A stretch of DNA of 64,000 nt from a bacterium (lineage in GTDB: Bacteria; Patescibacteriota; Patescibacteriia; Patescibacteriales; UBA12465). How positions within the stretch are numbered: the stretch's first letter is position 1; each line of letters opens with the position of its first letter. The DNA lies in the NCBI GenBank assembly GCA_030696105.1, contig JAUYNJ010000008.1:18030-82029 (forward strand), given 5' to 3'. A program made the position numbers and the translations under genes. Below the pieces are notes generated by a model, which searched no databases, was not told the DNA's origin, and was given only the letters and a program-made list of their open reading frames with translations. This document shows, one piece after another, positions 22,163-30,173 of the stretch.

Positions 22163-23473
22163 ATGCAATACCATATTATAACTATCGGGTGCCAGATGAA
22201 TAAAGCAGACAGCGAACGTGTGTCCGCTTTTTTGGAGTCACACGGCTATGCCAACAAAAAAGATTGGCTTGGCGCTGACTTGGTTATTCTCACGACTTGT
22301 GGCATTCGTCAGTCCGCTGAGGATAGGGTGTACGGACTTGTAAATCAAATACGTAAAAATAATCCTAAAGCCTCACTGATTATTACCGGTTGTTTGGCTA
22401 AGCGCGAAGACGTGAAGCGACGTCTTAAGGGAAGGGTTGATTTGTTTATGCCTATAAATGAGTTACCTAATATTTTTGCTTTACTAAAAAGTTGTAAGCA
22501 GGACGGCACTTTAAGCTCTGAGGAGGTGCGGGCGCTCAGTGGTGAAAAATATTTAACGATTACCCCGCGCTATGAAAGTGATTTTAGCGCTTATGTGCCA
22601 ATAGGCAATGGTTGTAATAATTTTTGTTCATATTGCGTTGTGCCTTATGCACGTGGACGCGAAGTCTATCGACCAGCCGCCGATATTATTTCGGAGGTGA
22701 AAGCCTTAGTAAAAAAAGGATTTAAAGAAATTACCCTTATCGCGCAAAACGTAAATAGCTACAAGAGCGCTCGCACCGATTTCCCAAAACTGCTCAGTCG
22801 CCTCAGCGTGATTCCCGGTGAATTCTGGATACGTTTTTCTTCAAGTCATCCGAAGGATTTGTCTGATGAGTTAATTAAAGTTATAGCCTCGTCGGAGAAT
22901 ATTTGTAATCACTTGCACGTCGCGGTGCAATCTGGCGATGATAAAATACTCGAAGCGATGAATCGCAAATATACCGCCGTCCACTTTGTTAGCCTTATTA
23001 AGAAAATCAGAGAAGCGAGACCGGGAATTGCGATAACAACCGACGCTATTGTCGGTTTTCCTGGAGAGACGCACCAGCAATTTCTTAAAACCGCAAAATT
23101 ATTCCGTGAGCTTGAGTTTGATATGGCCTATACCGCGCGCTATAGCCCGCGCCCGGGAACTGTGTCTTGGAAAATGAAAGACAATGTGAGTCGCGAAGAC
23201 AAACGCATGCGCGAAGAAACGCTGACAAAAATATTAGCTAAAACCGGACTCAAGGCAAACAAGGCATATTTGAAAAAAGAGATTACCGTTCTCGCTGAAG
23301 GCAAGAATCGCAAGGGTAATTACTACGGCAAGACTTCAAGTTTTAAGACGGTTATTTTCAATGTGCCACCTGCTCTTAAGGCGCAAGAGGTGGTCGGAAA
23401 TTTTGTACAGGTAAAAATAAACCGAGTTCACGACTTCGGTTTGGAAGGAGAATATGTCAAAACAGGTAAATAA
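22163..23473 (+). CDS. miaB: tRNA-i6A37 methylthiotransferase MiaB (radical SAM)
   Basis: Motif ITIGCQMNKADSE, the radical-SAM cluster CNNFCSYCVVPYARG, and a TRAM-like C-terminus. Confidence 0.9.
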   Translation: MQYHIITIGCQMNKADSERVSAFLESHGYANKKDWLGADLVILTTCGIRQSAEDRVYGLVNQIRKNNPKASLIITGCLAKREDVKRRLKGRVDLFMPINELPNIFALLKSCKQDGTLSSEEVRALSGEKYLTITPRYESDFSAYVPIGNGCNNFCSYCVVPYARGREVYRPAADIISEVKALVKKGFKEITLIAQNVNSYKSARTDFPKLLSRLSVIPGEFWIRFSSSHPKDLSDELIKVIASSENICNHLHVAVQSGDDKILEAMNRKYTAVHFVSLIKKIREARPGIAITTDAIVGFPGETHQQFLKTAKLFRELEFDMAYTARYSPRPGTVSWKMKDNVSREDKRMREETLTKILAKTGLKANKAYLKKEITVLAEGKNRKGNYYGKTSSFKTVIFNVPPALKAQEVVGNFVQVKINRVHDFGLEGEYVKTGK

Positions 23474-24392
23474 GCAGATAAATAAACCGCTAGTTTTAGT
23501 CATTCTCGGGCCAACTGCCTCTGGAAAGACGTCTTTAGGTGTCCGTCTTGCTTTTGAACGAAACGGAGAAATTATCTCTGCCGACAGTCGTCAGGTGTAT
23601 AAAGGAATGGACGTCGGCACCGGCAAGGACTTAGTTGAATATGAGATTAATGGCAAAAAAATACCATATCATTTAATTGATGTCGTTTATCCTAATGATG
23701 ACTTTAATTTGGCTAAATACCAAACAATGGCGGTCGCGGCGATCGACGATATCCTTGCTCGCGGCCGCTTACCCATAATCGTCGGCGGCTCTGGTTTATA
23801 CTTGCAAGCAGTGATTGATAACTACGCTTTAAGTGCGGCTAAACCTGATCTAAAAAATCGTATCGCTCTGGAAGCACTTGGCCGCGAAGAATTGTTTGCA
23901 CGACTAGAAAAATTGAAACCTGAATTTGCCGGCAAACTTAATAACAGTGAAAAAAATAACGCTCGTCGCCTGGCGCGCTATATAGAAATTTTTGAACATG
24001 AAGGCGCGTCGGTTGAAAGCAAGAAGGAGTCTCCCTATGACTTCTTAATACTCGGCTTAGATATCTCAGACGAAGAAATGCGTGAGCGCATACAGGCGCG
24101 CATAATCAAACGCTTAGATAATGAAGATATGCTTGGTGAGGTTCAGCGCCTTAATGACGAAGGAGTGGATTGGAAGAGATTAATTTCTTTTGGTTTAGAA
24201 TATAAATTTATCTCCTATTACTTACTAGAGAAGCTCGAATACGATGACATGATTGAGAAACTGACTGATGCCTCTTATCGTTTTGCTAAGCGTCAGAAAA
24301 CCTGGTTTAAACGCTGGGAAAAGCAGGGAAGGAAGATACACTGGATAAAGGACGCGGGGGAAGCAAATGATTTAATAGCTGCTCAAATATAA
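23454..24392 (+). CDS. miaA: tRNA dimethylallyltransferase MiaA
   Basis: P-loop GPTASGKT and ISADSRQVYKGMDVGTGK. It overlaps the miaB 3' end by 20 nt. Confidence 0.9.
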   Translation: MSKQVNKQINKPLVLVILGPTASGKTSLGVRLAFERNGEIISADSRQVYKGMDVGTGKDLVEYEINGKKIPYHLIDVVYPNDDFNLAKYQTMAVAAIDDILARGRLPIIVGGSGLYLQAVIDNYALSAAKPDLKNRIALEALGREELFARLEKLKPEFAGKLNNSEKNNARRLARYIEIFEHEGASVESKKESPYDFLILGLDISDEEMRERIQARIIKRLDNEDMLGEVQRLNDEGVDWKRLISFGLEYKFISYYLLEKLEYDDMIEKLTDASYRFAKRQKTWFKRWEKQGRKIHWIKDAGEANDLIAAQI

Positions 24393-24404
24393 ACAAAAGA
24401 AAAA

Positions 24405-24427
24405 AGCACCTTTGTGGGGTGCTTTTT
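24405..24427. terminator. Bidirectional rho-independent terminator
   Basis: AGCACC-tttgtgg-GGTGCT hairpin with a flanking A-run and T-run. Confidence 0.65.
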
Positions 24428-24587
24428 CATTCACTAAATCGGTCGCGGAATTAACTCTTAATCAATAAGCTTTTTTTCATAAGGCATTTCCTCCTGAAGG
24501 TTTAGTTAGTTAATAGCCCACTTTTCATGGGCTTGAATTGTCGAAATAACTATCTAAATGATAACAAATACGTAAGCGAAGTCAAGA

Positions 24588-26096
24588 TTATTCAAGCAAC
24601 ATCTTCTCTAACATTGGTCTCACTTTTTCAGGGTTAGCTTTGCCCTTCGTTTCGGCCATAACTTTGCCGACAAAGAATTGGATTAAGGGGAATTTACCTT
24701 TGCGGTATTCGTTAGCTTGCTGAGGGTTAGCAGATATTACCGTTTTAACAGCTGTTTCAAGCTCTTCGTCGCCATCAAGTTGTTCTAGGCCGAGGCGGTC
24801 CATGATATCAGTTGGGTCGCCACCTTCCCAGTACATAATCTCTAAAATACGTTGACCGGTGTTAGAATTAATTTTACTTTGCCAAATAAGGGCCATCAGC
24901 TCAGCAAAATTTTCGGCGGTCATTTTTAAACTGTCCGCACTTCTTTTATCGGTATTCAAATTTTTTAACAATTCACCTGTGACCCAATTTGCGGCCATTT
25001 GCGCAGCGTTTTTGTCTTGTCTTTCAAAGTCGTCGCCATTAGCTTCAATCCAAGCGCCCATTTCCGAAACAACATTTTCAAAGAAAGAAGACAGCTCTTT
25101 GTTATTCGCAATTGTTTCAGCGCTTTCTATTTTTAATCCATACTGACGAGTGAAACGTTTCGCTTTAGCAGCCGGTAATTCGACTAAGTGCTGTCTCAGC
25201 TCTTCCAGCCAGGCATCATCAATTTTAATGGGGGGAATATCGGGTTCAGGGAAGTAGCGATAGTCAGCGGCCGTCTCTTTTATTCTCTGTGCCACTGTTT
25301 GGTTTTTCTTTTCATCCCAACCTCTGGTTTCAGGTAGAATTTCTTCTTTATTCTCAAGCGCCTTTTCTTGGCGCGCGATTTCGTAAGTAATAGCTTTTTC
25401 CACGGCGCGGAAAGAGTTGAGATTTTTGACCTCAACTTTAGCATTTAATTCTTTTTTGCCAGTCGGCAGGATAAGTCCGTCCTCATACTTCCAGTTACCT
25501 TTTTTCTGTAAGCTGATATTAGCTTCACAGCGCATTTCACCTTTTTCCATCTCGGCATTACTTACTTTCAAAAAACGGAGAATGCGTTGATAGGCTTGGC
25601 AGAAGCGTTTCGCTTCTTCAGCACTCGCAATGACTGGTTCGGTAACTAATTCTACCAGCGGCGTGCCGGCACGGTTGAAATCAATTAAGGTGTCATTACT
25701 ACTCGTACGGTGAAAGGACTTGCCGGTATCTTCTTCGAGATGAATACGAGTGATATCTATTTCTTTCTTACCAATATCAAGTTTACCATTTTTGCAAAAG
25801 GGCTGGTCATACTGAGAAATCTGGTAACCCTTGGGCAGGTCGGGGTAGAAGTAATTTTTGCGGTCGAACTTAGAGTCTCGGTTAATTTCGCAATCTAAAG
25901 CGAGGCCGAGCAGTAGCGTCCAGTCGATTGCTTGTTTGTTCGGCACTGGTAGCGTTCCGGGGTGACCGAGACAAATCGGACAAACAAGGGTGTTTGGCGC
26001 CTTGCCTTCACTGTTATTATCACAGGCGCAGAACATTTTACTCTTTGTTTTTAGTTCGGCGTGGATTTCCAGGCCGATGATGACATCATATTTCAT
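24588..26096 (-). CDS. gatB: Asp/Glu-tRNA amidotransferase subunit B
   Basis: 502 aa with YDVIIGLEIHAEL, CPICLGHPGTLP, and a YqeY-like GatB C-terminal domain. Confidence 0.93.
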   Translation of the reverse strand: MKYDVIIGLEIHAELKTKSKMFCACDNNSEGKAPNTLVCPICLGHPGTLPVPNKQAIDWTLLLGLALDCEINRDSKFDRKNYFYPDLPKGYQISQYDQPFCKNGKLDIGKKEIDITRIHLEEDTGKSFHRTSSNDTLIDFNRAGTPLVELVTEPVIASAEEAKRFCQAYQRILRFLKVSNAEMEKGEMRCEANISLQKKGNWKYEDGLILPTGKKELNAKVEVKNLNSFRAVEKAITYEIARQEKALENKEEILPETRGWDEKKNQTVAQRIKETAADYRYFPEPDIPPIKIDDAWLEELRQHLVELPAAKAKRFTRQYGLKIESAETIANNKELSSFFENVVSEMGAWIEANGDDFERQDKNAAQMAANWVTGELLKNLNTDKRSADSLKMTAENFAELMALIWQSKINSNTGQRILEIMYWEGGDPTDIMDRLGLEQLDGDEELETAVKTVISANPQQANEYRKGKFPLIQFFVGKVMAETKGKANPEKVRPMLEKMLLE

Positions 26097-26178
26097 ATAC
26101 CTATATTTTAACGGAAAAAGCGCTTAGTGGAAAGGAGGCGACAAAAGTAAGAAAAAAAGCCCGTCAAGGGCTCTTTTT

Positions 26179-27573
26179 TTAGTTTAATCCAGTGCTGCCG
26201 AAGCCTTTTTCGCCTCGTCCATCGCCCACGTCAATTGGGCCCTCCTCGACGCTCGGTGTTTCAATCTTCTGGATGAGTAGTTGCGCAATCTTTTGGCCCG
26301 CTTGCACGTGATATATATCTTCACTTAAATTCTTAAATACAACTTTTATCTCGCCGCGATAGCTAGCATCAATCACGCCGCCCATAGTTTTAAAGCCCTG
26401 GCTAGCGAGGCCGCTTTTATCCCAAATGAGGCCGACATAGCCCTCCGGGATTGAAAAGCGCAATCCTGTGGCAATAGCATCTTGCCCATAGGCTGGTATC
26501 GAACAGTCTTCACAGGCAAACAAATCTAAGCCGGCGTCACTCGCGTGGGCTCTCACTGGAAGTTTGGCTTCGGGACGAAGACGTTCGAAGCGAATTGAGC
26601 GCAGAGTGGGCTCTGCTGGTGTATGTGCTTGCGCAAGCGCTGGCTCGTCACCCTGATTGCTCGTGGTCGGAGCGGTGGTCGCCCCTTCTTCGTTTTCGTC
26701 TTCAGGATGAGCGGGAATACCACGAAGGGAACTATTGATATTGGAATGAATTGGAGTGTCTTGTTCTGGATTTATGGTCATAGAGGCTCGAGGAGCATTC
26801 ATTAGTTCTGGCAGATTAGGGGTAACACGACCCTTCTTTACTAAAATATCGCTCACGGCTTGGAAGTCTGGTATTTTTTTGATGCCACCAATACTTAAAA
26901 TGCGGTTAGCATAGAGCCAGACAAGATAATGAATATCCTCGCGACTCATCACTTCGCCATTGCGGGTACATTTAATCAGTCGGAAATCAGGCATGGTCTG
27001 AGCAATTTCAAGATACACTTGCTCCGCTTTTTTCAGATGATCAAGATTTTCTTCGTGAATGTCCTTAGTTTTGCCTTTCCAGTCCTCACGGCCGCGATCT
27101 TTCGCCATTTTTTGCGCGACCTCAGCTTCAACGTGCAGGATTAGGTATAAGTCAGGTTTAGGGATGTTAAATATTTTATATTCAATTTCACTGAGCCAGT
27201 TAAAGAATAGTTTGCGTTCAAGGGCATTAGGAATTTTGCCTCCTTGGTGGGCGAAGCTAGCGGAAACATAGCGGTTACAGACAACGACCTTGCCTTGTTT
27301 CAACCATTCACGAATTTGAAAACTGGCATCAAAACGGTCGGTAGCGTAAAGAATCGAAGCTGCGTAGGGGTTCACATCATCAGCGCCGCCATATTTGCCA
27401 GACAGATATTCTTCCACCATGCCGGCGGACTTGCTGTTATATTGGGGGAAGTCAGCGATTTGGACATCATAACCTTCGGCTTGAAGTTTTCCAACCAAAA
27501 GCTGCAACTGGGTAGTTTTGCCACTGCCATCGGTGCCGTCAATTACGATGAATTTTCCCAAGTATTCCGCCAT
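26179..27573 (-). CDS. Fusion protein: dTMP kinase (N-terminal) + dUTP diphosphatase (C-terminal)
   Basis: The N-terminal ~230 aa carry the Tmk P-loop IDGTDGSGKTTQ and TDRF. A ~100-aa low-complexity linker follows. The C-terminus carries all five dUTPase motifs: SDAGLDL, DKSGLA, GGVIDASYRGEI, GQKIAQLL and RGEKGFGSTG. Confidence 0.85.
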   Translation of the reverse strand: MAEYLGKFIVIDGTDGSGKTTQLQLLVGKLQAEGYDVQIADFPQYNSKSAGMVEEYLSGKYGGADDVNPYAASILYATDRFDASFQIREWLKQGKVVVCNRYVSASFAHQGGKIPNALERKLFFNWLSEIEYKIFNIPKPDLYLILHVEAEVAQKMAKDRGREDWKGKTKDIHEENLDHLKKAEQVYLEIAQTMPDFRLIKCTRNGEVMSREDIHYLVWLYANRILSIGGIKKIPDFQAVSDILVKKGRVTPNLPELMNAPRASMTINPEQDTPIHSNINSSLRGIPAHPEDENEEGATTAPTTSNQGDEPALAQAHTPAEPTLRSIRFERLRPEAKLPVRAHASDAGLDLFACEDCSIPAYGQDAIATGLRFSIPEGYVGLIWDKSGLASQGFKTMGGVIDASYRGEIKVVFKNLSEDIYHVQAGQKIAQLLIQKIETPSVEEGPIDVGDGRGEKGFGSTGLN

Positions 27574-27644
27574 AGTGATGAGAATTTAGATAAGAAAAGA
27601 GCGCCCGGCTTGTGAGCCTTGCACTCCTCCTATTTATGTTCAAC

Positions 27645-28199
27645 TTAATATTGTATCTTAGCGATCAATTTGTCAATCTGGTCGTATAAATCTTGAAGTG
27701 TACCCTCGTTACTTAGGTGATGGGTGGCCGCTGCCATAGTTTCTGGTATTTGTTGTTCGGCCTCGCGCTCACTATCTTCGACAAACTGTTCAAACGTCTT
27801 ATCAGCATCACCAGCGTTTTCATTTCTCTTTTTCATGCGCTCGTACCTTGTCTCTGGCGATGCATCAATGCTAATTAGATGAAATCCAGGCAAGTCTTTG
27901 AGGCTGACAATATCATCTAAACGCCTCACACCGTCAACTACTACAATATCCTTGTCGCTATTTTTTACATCCTCGGCAATAACTTGCGCTAAGATGTCGC
28001 TGCCAAAGCGATTACGTAAATCAAGCGAAAGGTTTTGCATGTTCTCTCTGGAAATTGGCTGATATATTCGGCCTAAAATATCACGCAGGCAGGTTGAAAA
28101 TTTTGTAGTATCCGCATTATGCTTTTCCGTGATATAACGCTGGCAGACATCCTTGCCACTAGCGAGCTTACCGACGAAACCAAGAATTAGTTTGGGCAT
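27645..28199 (-). CDS. P-loop nucleotide/nucleoside kinase-like protein (specificity unknown)
   Basis: 184 aa with Walker A GFVGKLASGKDV, an SGKD-type loop as in dNMP-kinase and dephospho-CoA-kinase-like proteins. It is embedded in the thymidylate operon. Confidence 0.55.
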   Translation of the reverse strand: MPKLILGFVGKLASGKDVCQRYITEKHNADTTKFSTCLRDILGRIYQPISRENMQNLSLDLRNRFGSDILAQVIAEDVKNSDKDIVVVDGVRRLDDIVSLKDLPGFHLISIDASPETRYERMKKRNENAGDADKTFEQFVEDSEREAEQQIPETMAAATHHLSNEGTLQDLYDQIDKLIAKIQY

Positions 28200-28203
28200 A
28201 AGC

Positions 28204-29499
28204 TTACTGTTGTTTCATTACAATGTCATGTGTGCCACGGCGAACGTCCCAGTCATCAAGATCAAGGTCACAATGAAGTTTCACTTCAGGTAGATTTTCC
28301 TGCATAGCGTGAAACATTTTATGGGCAACACGTCTAAGGCTAGGGTGAACTGTTTTACCAGAGCGAAGCTCGGTGACATAAACAACGGAGGTAAGAGGAT
28401 TAGTGATATGACAGAAAACATTGAAACCCATAGCAGTATAATATTGCTTGGTTTCAGCGCTAGCTTCAAGGCTATCAATCATCTCTTTTTGCTTTGCGAT
28501 GAGAGTCTCCGCTTCAACCCTGAGGCTTTCTGGCAGCTGCTCTAAATACCAAGACTGGAAACCGAGCTCAGTGGTAAGCAGTGGAGTGCGGGAGATGGCG
28601 CTACGATGGCGTTGAATATCCCGGTAGGAACCGTAGTCGAGTAGAAATTCAAAACGACAACTACCGAGATCGCTCACGAAATAGGGGAGGTTTGTTTTAA
28701 TGGGACGAGTGTCTAATGCCTCAGAATATTTTTTAAGCTCTTCACGGTTAATGTCATGGGAGAAAGCGAATTCTTTTGGATTCTCTGGAGCAAAGTATGA
28801 GTATTTGGCCGTCATTTCGTGGCGATATGCTTCTTGTTCCGGATATTGGGGGTGAGAGAAGCTATTCTCGTACTTACTGCGCAGTTGATTTAAAATTTGG
28901 TCAGCTAATTCACGCATTTCTGCCAGGGGATGATGTCGAAGCAGGGAAAGCTTATCCCAAGCCTGGCGCAGATTTGTATGCCAACTCAATTGAGTGGTAA
29001 CGCCGGCTGGTAAAAAGCCACGCATGATATCAAAAGCACGAGCGTTAATGGCTTTGTCGTAAATTTTTTCATCTTCTTCTTCGCGACGGGGATATTTTTC
29101 CTTTAAAAATGGCTTTAAGGTTTCTTGACCGGAAACATAAAAATCCATCCAATTTTTTAAAATAAGTTTTGACTGATCTGTCGCGATTGGATCAATTATT
29201 GCCTGGCTGGCCATGTCGATATAGCGAGTACTGGTTTCTTGCCCGCTATACAAAGGCCAGTCTTGGATAGCCTTATCAGCCAGAATGCTCAATCCTTCAA
29301 TGAAAATAGTGGTGCTTCCGCAATCAGCAATTGAGGAGTGACCGTAGCCCACGTAAAAGGTGGACATAAACTTACCGCTGCCGCTCTGTCGGACCTTCTC
29401 CACATGTTCTTCAACACTTTTAGGACTACGCGAATAAAGCGCCTGCATCATCGCTGTATCTTCTGGGCTGAATTCGTCGTAAATAAAAACTTTAGCCAT
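28204..29499 (-). CDS. thyX: ThyX-like flavin-dependent thymidylate synthase, double-domain (431 aa)
   Basis: The N-half has GHSSIADCG...GLSILA...SGQETSTRY, a ThyX-like S-x-RY without RHR. The C-half has DIQRHRSAISRT, with RHR present. It sits between a dCMP deaminase gene and kinase genes. Confidence 0.7.
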   Translation of the reverse strand: MAKVFIYDEFSPEDTAMMQALYSRSPKSVEEHVEKVRQSGSGKFMSTFYVGYGHSSIADCGSTTIFIEGLSILADKAIQDWPLYSGQETSTRYIDMASQAIIDPIATDQSKLILKNWMDFYVSGQETLKPFLKEKYPRREEEDEKIYDKAINARAFDIMRGFLPAGVTTQLSWHTNLRQAWDKLSLLRHHPLAEMRELADQILNQLRSKYENSFSHPQYPEQEAYRHEMTAKYSYFAPENPKEFAFSHDINREELKKYSEALDTRPIKTNLPYFVSDLGSCRFEFLLDYGSYRDIQRHRSAISRTPLLTTELGFQSWYLEQLPESLRVEAETLIAKQKEMIDSLEASAETKQYYTAMGFNVFCHITNPLTSVVYVTELRSGKTVHPSLRRVAHKMFHAMQENLPEVKLHCDLDLDDWDVRRGTHDIVMKQQ

Positions 29500-29503
29500 A
29501 AAA

Positions 29504-30001
29504 TTATTTCATATCTTTATAAATAACAAATTCCTGCGAGAGCAGGGCGAACTCGACCTTTGCGTCAGCGAAAATTTCTTTGCTGCGTGTACCAGTGTGA
29601 TAATCCTGGGCACAAACAACGCGTTTAATACCAGCATTGATAATCATTTTGGCGCAGGTATAACAGGGAGTCATCTTGCAATATAAAGTGCCACCATCAA
29701 GCGAGATGCCCATACGGGCGGCTTCACAAATTGCATTTTGTTCGGCGTGGGTGGTGCGAATGCAATGGCGGCTAGTTGTGCCGTCTTCATGCGTGACGGT
29801 ATGCATTTCGTGTCCAACTTCATCACAGTGGGGTGCTCCGACAGGCGAGCCGACGTAGCCGGTAGCGACGATGCGACGGTCACGAGTAATGACACAGCCA
29901 GCGCGACCGCGGTCACAAGTACCACGAGTGCCAACCATCTCAGCGATCTTGATAAAATACTCATCCCAGGTGGGACGAACGTAAGTCGTTTCCTCACTCA
30001 T
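29504..30001 (-). CDS. dCMP deaminase (ComEB-type cytidine/deoxycytidylate deaminase)
   Basis: 165 aa with the zinc motifs HAEQNAI and PCYTCAKMI. Confidence 0.88.
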   Translation of the reverse strand: MSEETTYVRPTWDEYFIKIAEMVGTRGTCDRGRAGCVITRDRRIVATGYVGSPVGAPHCDEVGHEMHTVTHEDGTTSRHCIRTTHAEQNAICEAARMGISLDGGTLYCKMTPCYTCAKMIINAGIKRVVCAQDYHTGTRSKEIFADAKVEFALLSQEFVIYKDMK

Positions 30002-30173
30002 ATGATTATATTTAACGAGATTATAATAGTAGTTACATTGTAGTATAGAAAACTGAATTATTAAATATTGACAATACGACCTTATTCTTCTTAACGTTGA
30101 TTTTTTCCTTTAAACAAGCTAAACTAGGAATAAGAATTTAGTTGATTATTCGTTGAAAATTAGTGATAAATTT

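Noticed and set aside
29671-30043. Several 60-108-aa ORFs in alternative frames and strands over the dCMP deaminase gene
   Set aside because: The region is locally GC-rich, and only the 165-aa frame carries the HAE/PCxxC deaminase motifs.
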